DNA of 64,000 nt from the human T2T-CHM13v2.0 reference genome, Homo sapiens. Location of the stretch: the NCBI RefSeq assembly GCF_009914755.1, contig NC_060935.1. One strand, given 5' to 3'. Positions 1-13,344 of this stretch are shown here, piece after piece. The notes below the pieces were generated by a model, which was not told the origin of the DNA, searched no databases, and was given only the letters and a program-made list of their open reading frames with translations. Every line of letters begins with the position of its first letter. Position 1 is the first letter of the stretch. Position numbers and translations under genes: made by a program.

Positions 1-2685
1 TCCCTGAACAGAGCAGCAATGAGTTCTGAAACTGAATTAGTAAAAACATAACAACCAAAAATAAAAAATAAAAAAGCCCTGGGCCAGATAGATTCATAGC
101 CATATTCTCCCAAACATATAAAGAAGACCTAGTACTATTTTACTATTCAAAAATAAAAAAATCAAGGAGAAACCCTTCCTCACTCATTCTATGAGTCCTT
201 CATCATTCTGATGCCAAAACCTGGCAGAGATACAACGGAAAAAGGAAACTTCAGATTAATATCCCTGATGAAGTTAGGGGCAAAAATCCTTAATAAAATA
301 CTAGCAAACCAAATCCAGCAGCATATCAAAAAGCTAATTCACCATGAATAAGTATGCTTTATCCCTGGGATGCAAGGTTGGTTCAACATATCCAAATCAA
401 TAAATGTGATTCACCATATAGACAGAACTAAAAACAAAAACCACATGATCATTTCAATATATGCAGAAAAGTCTTTCAATAAAATTCAATATACCTTCAT
501 GTTATAAACCCTCAACAAACTGGGTATCAAAGATACATACCTCAAAATAATAAGAGCCATCTAACAAAAACCCAGAGCCAACATTATACTGAATGAGAAA
601 AAGCTAGAAGCATTCCGCTTGAGAACAGGAACAAGACATAGAAGCCCAGTCTCATCACTCTAATTCAACATATTACTGGAAGTCCTAACCAGAGCAAACA
701 GGCAAGAGAAAGAAATAAAAGGCATCCAAATAGGAATAAAGGAAGTGAAACTATCTCTCTTCACAGACATTATGAAAGTATACCTAGAAAACTTCATAGT
801 ATCTGCCTAAAGTCTTTTAGATCTGATAAATAACTTCAGCATAGTTTCAGAATACAAAATTAATGTACAAAAATAAGTAGCATTTCTATACACAAATAAC
901 ATACAACCTGAGAGCCAAATAAAAATTGCAATCCCATTCACGATATCCACAAAAGAATAAAATACCTAGAAATAGAGCTAAATAAAGGAGGTGAGAAATT
1001 TCTACAGTGAAAATTACAATATACTGCTGAAAGTAATCAGAGACAACACAGATAAATGGAAAAACATTTCATGCTCATGGATAGGAAGAATCAATATTGT
1101 TCAAATGGCCATACTTCCCAAAGCTATTTACAGATTGAAAGCTATTTCTAACAAACTACCAACCACATATTTTAGAGAATTAGAAAACAAATTCTAAAAT
1201 TCATTTGAAACCAAAAAAAGAGGCCAAATAGCCAAAAGAATCCTAAGCAAAAAGAAAAAAAGCTGGAGGCATCACACTGCCCAACTTCAAAATATACTAC
1301 AAGTCCACAGCATGGTATTGGTACAAAAAAAGACACATAGACCAATAGAACAGGTTAGAGAATCCAGAAATCAAGCCACATACCTACAACCATCTGATCT
1401 TCAACAAAGCTGACAAAAACAAGGAATGGGGAAAGGACTCCCTATTCAATAGATGCTGCTGGGATAACTGTCCTGCCATATGCAGAAGATTGAAACTGAA
1501 CCTCTACCATTCACCATATACAAAAATCAACTCAAGACAGAACAATGACCTAAATGGAAAATCTAAAAGTATAAAGGCCCTAGAGGAAAATTAGGAAATA
1601 TCATTCTGGACATCAGCCCAGGCAAAGACATCATGAGGAAGACTCCAAACCCAATTGCAACAAAAACAAAAATTAGCTAGTGGGACCTAATTAAACCAAA
1701 GAACTTCTGCACAGCAAAATAAACTATCGGTGGAGTAAACAAACACCCTACAGAATGGGAGAAAATATCTGCAAAGAATGCACTCAACAAAGGTCTAATA
1801 CTCAGAATCCGTAAGAAATTCAAATAAATCTATAAGCAAAAACCAAACAACCCCATTAAAATGGGCAAAAGATATCAACAGACAGTTCTTAAAAGAAGAC
1901 ATACGTGTGGCCAATAAGCACATGAAAAAATGCTCAATATCACAAATTATTAGGAAAATGCAAATTAAAACCACAATGAGATAGCATCTCATACCAGTCA
2001 AAATTGTTATTATTAAAAAGTCCAAAAGTAGATGTTTTCAAGGTCACAAACAAAAGGGAACACTTATACACTACTAATCAGAATCTAAATTAATTCAGTC
2101 ATTGTGGAAACCAGTGTGGAGATTTCTTGAAGAACTTAAGCAGAATTACCATTCAACCCAGAAATCCCATTATTGAGTATATACACAAAGGAATATAAAT
2201 TGTTCTACCATGAAGACACATGCCATCATATGTTCATCACAGCAAAGATGTTGAATCAATGTAAATGTCCATCAGTGGTAGACTGGATAAAGAAAAAGTA
2301 CGTATGCACCATAAAATACCATGCAGCTATAAAAAATGAGATCATGTTTTTTGCAGCATCATGGATGGAGCTGGAGGCCATAATCCTAAGACAATTAATG
2401 TGTGAACAGAAAACCAAATACTGCATATTCTCACTTATAAGTGGGAGCTAAACATGGACAAGATGCACATGGACACAAAGAGGGGACTAATAGACACTGG
2501 GACCTATTGGAGGGTGGAAGATGGAAGGAGGCTGAGGATTGAAAAACTTCCTATTGGGTATTATGCTGATTATCTGTGCGACTAAATAATCTGTACACCA
2601 CCCCCCAGGTCACTTAATTTACCCATGAAATAAACCTGTACATATATCCCTTGAATCTAAAATAAAAGTTGGAAAGAAAAATAAA
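1..2685 (+). mobile_element. LINE-1, old primate subfamily (L1PA15/16-like): ORF2 RT and C-terminal part plus 3'UTR; runs off the window start
   Basis: Degenerate ORF2 peptides (e.g. [27 protein letters not shown] at 991-1197) with many stops and frameshifts; L1 3'UTR ending aataaaagttggaaagaaaaataaa. Confidence 0.93.
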
Positions 2686-2887
2686 TACTGTCCAGAGATG
2701 AACAAAGAAAAAAAATAATTGTATATGGAGGCTTAGTGTGAAGAAGACTGTACTGTATGTGTGTTTAAGGTGAGCACACTCTCTGAACCTTTTTGTTTAC
2801 TTAACAATTGACAGTTTTGTTTATAACAAATCTCCATTATCAAGTCTTATGAAAGAATAAACATTCTTAATGTAAATAGCTCAATTT

Positions 2888-3165
2888 ATGATTGTGTGTA
2901 TATATTTACATTTGTGTGTGTGTTTATACATGTGTATGTATGTATATATATGTGTATACACACATATGCATGTGCATATGTGTATATATACATGTGCATG
3001 TACATGCATACATGTGTGTATACACATATATACGAACGTATGTATATACACATATACATACATTATATATGAGTATATATAAACACACATATGTATATAA
3101 ACACACATATGTATATATACACACATACACACATACATATGTATGTATACACATATATATGTGTA
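2888..3165. repeat. Low-complexity alternating purine-pyrimidine (TA/CA/TG)n tract
   Basis: Visible mixed tata/tgtg/caca repeats; source of the spurious VYIH/MCVY ORFs. Confidence 0.95.
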
Positions 3166-3639
3166 ACCAAACAAACAAAATCAAACCACTCGTTTGAATC
3201 TCACCTTCATAATTAACTGTTTGCATGATTATTTTCTATTCCTGTTATAGTGAGGTAGGTAATATTAAGCTATCCTTCATTCTAAGAACAACTATCAAAA
3301 CTGGATAAAGTTTAAGGGAAAAAGCATATGTTTGAATATATTGGAGAGCAGACTATAGCTAGGGCTTGAGGAATCACAATGCCAGATACAGTCAGAGATA
3401 ATGTAAACACATTGTGAGCAACTATGTATTTATGCCAAAATTTTCTCCTCAGGGAATTTGTTTTTAATAGTGATAAATAGAGGCCGAACAGAAAATAGTG
3501 ATCCAGATACTGCAGTGGTTTCACTGAACAAGTGAAACTAAAATTTGAATTTAAGGCTGCTAAAGCATTTATAACTTGAAGGACCAAAAAAAGAGAAACA
3601 CAAATAAGTAATCTATGAATTTTAATGAAATTTATTTTT

Positions 3640-6600
3640 CTTTTTTAAAATTTTTCCATAAGTCATTGGGGTACAGGTGGTATTTGGTTACATGAGTAAA
3701 TTCTTTAGTGGTGATTTGTGAGATTTTGATGCATCCATCACCCGCGCACCATATTTGTAGTTTTTTATCCCTCACCTCCCTCCCACTCTTTCCCCCAAGT
3801 CCTCAAAGCCCATTGTATCATTCTTATGACTTTGTGTCCTCATAGCTTGGCTCCCCATATCAGTGAGAACACACGATGTTTGGTTTTCCATTCCCGAGTC
3901 TCTATTCTCATCCAGGTCACTTCAAATGCTGTTAATTTATTTTTATGGCTGTGTAGTAGTTCATCGTATGTATATACTACAGTTTCTTTATCCACTCATT
4001 GATTGATGGGCATTTGGGTTGGTTCCACAATTTTGCAATTGTGAATTGTTTTGCTATAAACATGCGTGTGCAAGTATCTTTTTTGAATAATGACTTCTTT
4101 TCCTCTGGGTAGATACCCAGTAGTGGGATTGCTTGATTGAATGGTAGTTCTACTTTTAGTTCTTTAAGGAATCTCCACACTATTTTCCATAGTGGCTGTA
4201 CTAGTTTACATTTCCACCAGCAGCATAGAAGTGTTCCCTGTTCACTGCATCCACACCAACATCTACTGTTTTTTGATTATGGCCATTCTTACAAGCAGTG
4301 AGGTGGTATTATATTGTGGTTTTGATTTGCATTTCCCTGACCATTGGTGATCAGGGAAAAAAACATTTTTTTTCATGTTTGTTGGCCATTTGTATATCTT
4401 CTTTTGAGAATTGTCTATTGATGTCCTTAGTCCACTTTTTAATGAGATTTTTTTTTTCTTACTGCTTTCTTTGAGTTTGTTGTAGATTCTGGATATTAGT
4501 CTTTTGTCAGATGTATAGATTCTGAAGATTTTCTCCCATTCTGTGGGTTGTCTGTTTACTCTGCTGACTGTTCCTTTTGCCATGCATAAGCTCTTTAGTT
4601 TAATTAGGTCCCAGCTATTTATGTTTGTTTTTATTGCATTTGCTTTTGGGTTCTTGGTCATGAATTCCTTGCCTAAGTCAATGTCTACAAGAGTTTTTCC
4701 AATGTTATCTTCTAGAATTGTTATAGTTTCAGGTGTTAGGTTGAAGTCCTTAATCCATCTTGAGTTGATTTTTGTATAAGGTGAGAGATGAGGATCAAGT
4801 TTCATTCTCCTACATGTGGCTAGCCAATTATCCCAGCAGCATTTGTTGAAAAGGGTGTCCTTTCCCCACTTTATGTTTTTGTTTGCTTTGTCAAAAATCA
4901 GTTGGCTGTGTTCTGGGTTCTCTAATCTGTTCCATTGGTCTATGTGCCTATTTTTGTACCAGTACCATGCTGTTTGGGTGCCTAGGACTTTATAGTATAG
5001 TTTGAAATCAGGTAGTGTGATGCCTCCAGATTTGTTCCTTTTGCTTAGTCTTGTTTTGGCTATGTGGGTTCTTTTTTGGTTCCATATGAATTTTAGAATT
5101 GCATTTTCTAATTCTGTGAAGAATAATGGTGGTATTTTGATGGGTATTGCGTTGAATTTGTAGACTGCTTTTGGCAGTATGGTCATTTTTACAATATTGT
5201 TTCTACCCATCCATGAGCATGGGATGTTTCCATTTGTTCTTGTCATCTATGATTTCTTTCAGCAATGCTTGGTAGTTTTCCTTGTAGGGGTCTTTCAACT
5301 CCTTGGGTAGGTAGGAGCTTTCTGGAGGAGTCTTTAGGATTTTCAAGGTAAACGAATATATCATCACCAAATAGTGACAGTTTGACTTCCTCTTTACCGA
5401 TTTAGATGTTCTTTATTTCTTTCTCTTGTCTGATTGCTCTGGCTACAACTTCCAGTACTATGTTGAAGAGGAGTGATGAGAAGGGGCATCTTTGTCTTAT
5501 TCCCATTCTCCGAGGGAATGCTTTCAACCTTTCCTCATTCAGTGTTATGTTGGCTGTGGATTTGTCATAGATGGCTTTTATTACATTAAGTTATGCCCCT
5601 TGTATGACAATTTTGCTGAGAGTTTTATTCATAAAGAGATGCTGGATTTTGTTGAATAATTTTGCTGCATCTTTTGAAATGATCATGTGATTTTTTGTTT
5701 TTTATTCCTGTTTATGTGGTGTATCATATTTATGGATTTGCATATGTTAAACCATCCCTGCATCCCTGGTATGAAAACTATTTGATCATGGTGGGTTATC
5801 TTTTTGATATATTGCAGGATTTGGTTAGCTAGTATGTTGCTAAGGATTTTGGCATCTATGTTCATCAAAGATATCAATCTGTAGTTTTGTTTTGTGATTT
5901 TGCCCTTTCCTAGTTTTGGTATTAGAGTGGTGCTGGCTTCATAGAATGAATTAGGGAAGGTTCCTTCTTTCTCTATCTTGTGGAATTGTGTCAAAAGGAT
6001 TGGTTCCAATTCTTCTTTAAATGTCTGGTAGAATTCTGCTGTGAATCCCTGTGGTCCTGGACATTTTGTTGTTGGTAATTTTTAATTACCATTTCGACCT
6101 TGCTGCTTGTTATTGGTCTGTTCAGGGTATCTAATTCTTCCTAACTTAAACTAGAAGGGCAGTATTTTTTCCAGGAATTTATCCATCTCTTCTAGTTTTT
6201 CTAGTTTATATGTATAAACGTGTTCATAGTAGCCTTGAATGATCTTTTTATTTCAGTGGTGTCAGTTATAATATCTCCTGTTTTGTTTCTTAGTGAGGTT
6301 ATTTGGATTTTCTCTCTCTCTTCTTTTCTTGGTTAATCTTGCTAATGTTCTAACAATTTTATTTATCTTTTCAAATAATCAGCTTTTTGTTTCATTTATC
6401 TTTTGTATTTTTGTTTTTTTCAATTTTATTTAGTTCTGCTCTGATCTTGGTTATTTCCTTTTTTCTGCTGGGTTTGAGTTTGGTTTGTTCTTGTTACCTC
6501 TAGTTCCTTGAGGTGTGACCTTAGAGTGTCTGTTTGTGCTCTTTCAGTCTTTTTAATGTAGGCATTTAGGGCAATGAACTTTTCTCTTAGCACCGCCTTT

Positions 6601-9600
6601 GCTGTATCCCAGATGTTTTGATAGGTTGCATCATTATTGTTCAGTTAGAAGAATTTTTTAATTTCCATCTTGATTTTGTTTTTGATCTAGTGCTCATTCA
6701 GGAGCAAGCTATTTAATTTCCCTGTGTATTTTCATGGTTTTGAAGGTTCCTTTTGGAGTTGATTTCCAGTTTTATGCCACTGTGGTCTTAGAGAGTCCTT
6801 GATATAATTTCAATTTTCTTATACTTATTGAGGCTTGTTTTATGGCCTATTATATGGTCTATCTTGGAGAAAGTTCTCTGTGCTGTTGAATAGAATGTGT
6901 ACTCTGTGGTTGTTGGATGAAATGTTCTGTACATATCTGTTAAGTCCATTTGTTCCAAGGTATAGTTTAAATCCATTGTTTCTTTGTTGACTTTCTGTCT
7001 TGACCTATCTAGTGCTGTCAGTGGAGTATTGAAGTCCCTCACTATCATTGTGTCTCTTTCTAGTGCTTTCAGTGGAGTACTGAAGTCCTCCACTATTATT
7101 GTGCTGCTGTCTATCTCATTTCTTAGGTCTATTAGTAATTGTTTAATAAATTTGGGACCTCCAGTTTTAGGTGTATATATGTTTAGTATTGTGATATTTT
7201 CCTGTCAGACAAGGCCTTTTAACATTATATAATGTCCCTCTTTGTCTCTTTTAACTGCTGTTGCTTTAAAGTTTGTTTTGTCTGATATAAAAATAGCTAC
7301 CCCTGCTTGCTTTTGGTGTTTATTTGCATGAAATTCCTGTTTTCATCCCTTTAAGTTTATGTGAGTCTGTATGTGCTAGGTGAGTCTCCTGAAGGCAGCA
7401 GACAGTTGGTTGGTGAGTTCTTATCCATTTTGCAGTTCTGTATCTTTTAAGTGGAGCATTTAGGTCATTTACATTCAATGTTAGTATTGAAATGTGAGGT
7501 ACCATTGCATTCATCGTGCTCTTTGTTGCCTGTGTACTTTGTTTTTTTGTTTGGTTTTTGCTATTTAACTTGTATTTTTGTTGTATAGGTCCTGTGTGAT
7601 GTATGCTTTAAAGAAGTCTTGTTTTGATGTGGTACCAGGATTTGTTTTAAGATTTAGAGCTCTTTTTGCAGTTCTCATAGTGGTGGCTTAGTAATGGTGA
7701 ATTCTCTCAGCATTTGTTTGTCTGAAAAAGGCTGTATCTTTCCTTCATACATGATGCTTAGTTTTGCTGGTTACAAAATTCTTGACTTATAATTGTTTTG
7801 TTGAGGAGGCTAAAGATAGGGCCCCAATCCTTTCTAGCTTGTAGGGTTTCTGCTGAGAAATCTGCTGTTAATCTGATAGGTTTTCCCGTATTGGTTACTT
7901 GGTGCTCTGTCTCACAGCACTTAAGATTCTTTCCTTCGTCTTAACTTTGGACAACCTGGTGACAATGTGCCTAGGTGAAGATCTTTTTGCAATTAATTTC
8001 CCAGGTGTTTTTTATGCTTCTTGTATTGGGATGTCAAGGTCTCTGGCAAGGCCATTGAAGTTTTCCTCAATTATTCTCCCACATATGTTTTTAGAATTCT
8101 CTTCTTCCTCAGGAACACTGGTTATTCTTAGGTTTTGTCATTTAACATAATCCTAGACTTCTTGGAGGCTTGTTCATACTTTCTTATTCTTTTTTCTTTG
8201 TCTTTGTTGGATTGGGTTAATTTGAAGACCTTCTCTGTAAGCTCTGAATTTCTTTCTTCTACTTGTTCAATTCTATTGCTGAGAATTTCCAGAGCATTTT
8301 GCATTTCTAAAAGTGTGTCCAACGTTTCCTGAATTTTAGAGTGTTTTTTTTTCCTGTAAGCTTTCTATTTCCTTGAATATTTTTTCCTTCACTTCTTGTA
8401 TCATATTTTGGGTTTCCTTGTATTGGGCTATGCCTTTCTCTGGTCCCTCCCTGATTAGCTTAATAACTAACCTCATGAATTCTTTTTCAGGCAAATCTGG
8501 GATTTCTTCTTATTTTGGATTCATTGCTGATGAACCAGTGTGATTTTTGGGGGGTGTTGATGAGCCTTGTTTTGTCACGTTACCAGGGTCATTTGTCTGG
8601 TTCCTTCTTATTTGGGTAGGCTGTGTCAGAGGGAAGGTCTAGGGCTCAAGGCTGTTATTCTGTTTCTTTTGTCCCATGGGATGTTCCCTTGATGTAGTAC
8701 TCTCCCCCTTTTCCTATGGATGTGAGTTCCTGTGAGCCAAACTGCAATGGTTGTTGTCTCTCTTCTGGGTCTCCTGGCTCCGGGCTGGTGCTGTGGGTTG
8801 TCACAGTGCTCTGTGATGTGAACTATCTGTGGGTCTCTCAGCCATGGATACCAGCACCTGTTCCAGTGGTGTGGCAGGGGGGTGCAGTGGGCTACATGGG
8901 GGTTCTTAGCTTTGGTGGTTTAATGCCCTATTTTTTGTGCTGGTTGGCCTCCTGCCAGGAGGTGGTGCTTTCCAGAGAGCATCACCTTTGGTAGTATGGG
9001 AAGGAACTGGTGGTGGGCAGGTCTCTAGAACTCCCAAGATTATATACCCTTTGTCTTCTGCTACCAGGATGTGTAGGGAAGGAACATCAGGTGAGGGCAG
9101 AGCTAGGCGTGTCTGAGCTGAGACTCTCCTTGGGTGGGTCTTGCTGTGGCAACTGTAGGGGATGGGAGTGAGATTCCCAGGTCACTGGAGTTGCGTACCT
9201 AGGAGGATTATGACTGCCTCTGCGGAGTCATGCAGGTTATCAAGGAAGTAGTGGAAAGCTGGCAGTCATAGGCCTCACCCAGCTCCCATGCAAACCAAAG
9301 GGCCAGTCTCACTCCCACTGTGCCTGCCCCCCCACCCGCCAACAGACCCCAGTCTATTTCCAGGTGGAGAGTGAGATGGGCTTGAAAACCTGCCCCAGGC
9401 TACCCACCTCCCAGCTGCAAAAGAAAAGGGCTTGGTTCTTACCCAATCTGTGGAGTCTGCACACCAGAATCGCACCCTCCCCTGAGATCTGGCCAGGAGG
9501 TTTCTCACCCGGTTAAAACTTTTATGAAGTTCAGCTAGAGATTTCCTTCTCCCTGTGTAGTTTTACTCCCTGCTCCTCTCCTGTTGTATCCCTGTGGTGG

Positions 9601-9970
9601 CAGGCAGGAATGGCCTGCTACAGGACCCAGTGAGCTCCCAGGGAATTCTGCTGCCTCCTCTACCCCTGTATTTTGCTCAGCTCTCTGAATTGACTCAGTT
9701 CCAAGTAAAGTTGGAAACTTCTCCTGCAAACAGATGGTCAGCTTCTCTAGTGGGGGTGTATATTCTGGAGAGGAGGGTCTCCCTTTCCCACTTCTGCCAT
9801 TGGGGCACTCGCCATTTTGGTAGGGTCTCCTGGGTCCTGAAGGAGCAGTCCACTTCCTTCAGAGGGTCTGTGGGTCCTCTCAGGATTGCTGATTTGTTCT
9901 TGCAGTTGATCTGGAGGTAAAATTCACAATGTGAGCCCCCTCCTGCTGTTCTGTCCAGAGCTGCAATCTC
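3640..9970 (-). mobile_element. Near full-length L1PB (L1PB1/L1PBa-like), ~6.3 kb, disabled
   Basis: L1PB-type 3' end (ttttccataagtcattggggtacaggtggtatttggttacatgag); minus-strand ORF2 (TLNVN, CLQETH, DFNTPL, SKIDH, CSWMGR motifs) and ORF1 remnants; GC-richer 5'UTR 8600-9970; degenerate TSD taatgaaatttattttt (3623) / tgatgcaatttcttctt (9971). Confidence 0.93.
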
Positions 9971-10424
9971 TGATGCAATTTCTTCTTGAGGCATTTGTTT
10001 GTTTCCTAAGTTCAACATGGGCAGGGCAAGATGCTCAGCTACTGAAAATAGTTAACCAATAATTTAAAAATAAGCAGATATTTTAGCAGTTTTATTGTGC
10101 TAGAGAGACAAAAAATTTGAGTTGAAAGCCTACCCAGGAAAAAGGTCCTGGTATATATGGAAGGCTTTCCAGTTATGAACCCAAGAAAAAAAAGACTTAG
10201 AAGTAATGGTATATTGGAAATAGACTGGTTAAGATCATGCTGCCCATTGTCTTCATGCTACCGGAAGAAAATTAGTTTACTACATCATGTATACCCTTGA
10301 TATTTTTCATATAAATTTCTAAAATTCAATAACAATTGACGGGAATAATAAAAATAGATCTATGTTGCTAAAAACTAAATTAAAAATTTTAACTTCTATA
10401 ATTAATCCAAATATTTGTGTTATC

Positions 10425-12705
10425 TGATATAGTTTGGCTATGTCCCACCCAAATCTCAACTTGAATTGTATCTCCAAGAATTCCCACATGTTGTGGGAGG
10501 GACCCAAGGGAAGGTAATTTAATCATGGGGCTCTGTCTTTCCCATGCTATTCTCATGATATTGAATAGGTCTCATGAGATTTGATGGGTTTATCTGGGAT
10601 TTCTGCTTTTGCTTCTTCCTCATTTTCTCTTGCCACCACCACGTAAGGAGTGCTTTTCACCTCCCACCATGATTCTGAGGCCTCCCCAGGCATATGGAAC
10701 TGTAAGTCCAGTTAAACCTCTTTTTCTTCCCAGTCTCAGGTATGTCTTTATCAGTAGTGTTGAAACAGACTAATACAGAAAATTGGTACCAGTAGAGTGG
10801 GACGTTGCTGAAAAGACACCTGAAAATGTGGAAGCAACTTTGGAACTGGGTAACAAGCAGAGGTTGGAACAGTTTGAAGGACTCAGAAGGAGACAGAAAA
10901 ATCTGGCAAAGTTTGGAAATTCCTAGAAATTTGTTGAATGGCTTTGCCCCAAAAATGGCTGATAGAGATATGGACAATAAAATTCAGGTTGAGGTGGTCT
11001 CAGATGGAGATAAGGAACTTGCTGGGAACTGGAGCAAAGACAACTCTTGCTATGTTTTATCAAAGAGACTGGTGGCATTTTGCCCCTGCCTTAGAGATTT
11101 GTGGAACTTTGAGCGCTTGAGAGAGATGATTTAGGGTATCTGGCTGAAGACATTTCAAAGCAGCAAAGCATTCAAGATGTAACTTGGGTGCTGTTAAAGG
11201 CATTTAGTTTTATAAGGGAAGCAGAACATAAAAGTTTGGAAAATTTGCAGCCTGACTCTGTGATAGAAAAGAAAAACCCATTTCCTGGGGAGAAATTCAA
11301 GCCAGCTGCAGAAATTTGCATAAGTAGCAAGGTGCCTAATATTAATCCCCAAGACCATGGGGAGAATATCTCCAGGCCATGTCAGAGACCTTCATGGTAG
11401 CCCCTCCCATCACAGCCCTGGAGGCCCAGGAGGAAAAAGTGGTTTTGTGGGCCTGGCCAAGGGTCCCCTGTGCTGTGTGCAGCCTAGGGACTTGGTGCTC
11501 TGTGTCCCAGCTTTTCTAGCCATAACTGAAAGGGTCAAAGGTACAGCTAAGGCTGTGGCTTCAGAGGGTGGAAGCCCCAAGCTTCCATGTGGCATTGAGT
11601 GTGTGGGTGCATGGAAGTCAAGAATTGAGGTTTGGTAATCTCCACCTAGATTTCAGAAGATATATGGAAACACCTGGATGCTCAGGCAAAAGTTTGCTGC
11701 AGGGGCAGAGCCCTCATGGAGAATCTCTGCTAGGGCAGTGCAGAAGGGAAATGTGGGGTCAGAGCCCCACACAGAGTCCCTACTGGGGCACTGCCCAGTG
11801 AAGCTGTGAGGAGAAAGCCACCATTCTCCAGACCCCCAGAATGGAAGATCCACTGACGGCTTTCACCATGCACCTGGAAAAGCCACACTTAACACCAGCC
11901 CATGAAAGCAGCCAGGAGGGAGGCTGTACTCTGCAAAGCCTCAGGGGAAGAGCTGCCCAAGACCATGAGAACCTACCTCTTGCATCATTGTGACCTGGAT
12001 GTGAGACTTGGAGTCAAAGGAGATCATTTTGGAGCTTTAAAATTTGACTGCCCTGCTGGAGTTTGAACTTGCATGGGCCCTGTAACCCCTTTGTTTTGGC
12101 CAATTTCTCCCATTTGGAATGGCTGTATTTACCTAATACCAGTACCCCCACTGTACCTAGGAAGTAACTAGCTTGCTTTTGATTTTACAGGCTCATAGGC
12201 AGAAGTGACTTGCCTTGTCTCAGATGAGACTTTGGACTGTGGACTTTTGGGTTAATGCTAAAATGAGTTACAACTCTGGGGGACTGTTGGAAAGGCATGA
12301 TTGGTTTTGAAATGTGAAGACATGAGATTTGGAGGGGCCAGGGGCAGAATGACATAGTTTGGCTCTGTGTCCCCACCCAAATCTCATCTTGAATTTTATC
12401 TCCCAGAATTCCCATGTGTTGTGAGAGGGACTCCAGGTGAGGTAATTGAATCATGGTGGCCTGTCTTTCCTGTGCTATTCTTGTGCTAGTGAATAAGTCT
12501 TACGAGATCTGATGGGTTTATCAGGGGTTTCTGCTTTTGATTTTCCCTCATTTTTCCTTTCTGCCACCACATAAAATCCACTTTTCACCTCCTGCTATGA
12601 TTCTGAGACCACCTCAGCCATGTAGAACTCTAAGTCCAATTAAACCTCTTTTTCTTCCCAGTCTCAGGTGTGTCTTTATCAGCTGCATGAAAACAGACTA
12701 ATACA
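10425..12705 (+). mobile_element. Full-length THE1A MaLR element (LTR 10425-10777, internal 10778-12349, LTR 12350-12705)
   Basis: Two ~355-bp direct LTRs (tgat/catagtttggct...gactaataca); internal part begins gaaaattggtaccagtagagtgg and ends in a purine tract ggaggggccaggggcagaa; 5-bp TSD ttatc/tcatc. Confidence 0.95.
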
Positions 12706-12724
12706 TCATCTACAGACTTTAACT

Positions 12725-13343
12725 GCAATTACAATAGCAAAGACACTGTATCAACGTAAGTGCCCATCAATGATAGACTGAATAAAGAAAATGTGGAACA
12801 TATACACCATGGAATACTATGTAGCCACAAAAAAAGAAAACAAGATCATGTCCTTTGCAGGGACATGGATGGAGCTGGGGCCATTATTATTAGCAAACTA
12901 ATACAGAAACAGAAAACCAAATACTGACTGTTCTCACTTATAAGTGGGCGCTAAATAATGAGAACACATGGACACATAAAGGAGAACAACATGCACTGGG
13001 GCCTTTCAAAGGATAGAGGGTAGGAGGAGGGAGAGGATCAGGAAAAATAATTAATGGGTAGCAGGCTTACCTGGATGATGAAATAATCTGTGCAACAAAC
13101 ACCTGTGACACGTTTACCTATGTCACAAACCAGCACTTGTACCCCAGAACTTAAAAGTTTAAAAAAAGAAAAATAAAATAAATAGAAATATAATAAAATA
13201 ATTATGATTAATATGTGGGTAGGAGGAGGGAGCAGATCAGGAAAAATAGTGGGTACTATGCTTACTTGGGAGTTGGAATAATCTGTACAACAAACCCCAT
13301 GACACACTTATATCCCTGAACTTAAAATCAAAGTTTTTTAAAA
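12725..13343 (+). mobile_element. 5'-truncated L1PA (L1PA13-15-like) 3' end followed by a second partial copy of its 3' terminus
   Basis: acaatagcaaagac...ttctcacttataagtggg...A-rich tail at ~13160-13200, then a repeat of gggtaggaggagggag...gaacttaaaa at 13217-13343. Confidence 0.88.
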
Positions 13344-13344
13344 A

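Noticed and set aside
2881-3226. Four overlapping C/V/Y/H-rich ORFs
   Set aside because: Translations of the RY microsatellite.
4263-5246. Longest ORF (327 aa)
   Set aside because: It is the C-terminal part of L1PB ORF2, with an internal deletion and a frameshifted end; the rest of ORF2 is broken. Not a host gene.
10805-11853. Cluster of overlapping ORFs
   Set aside because: Fragments of the degenerate THE1 internal region; no continuous frame.
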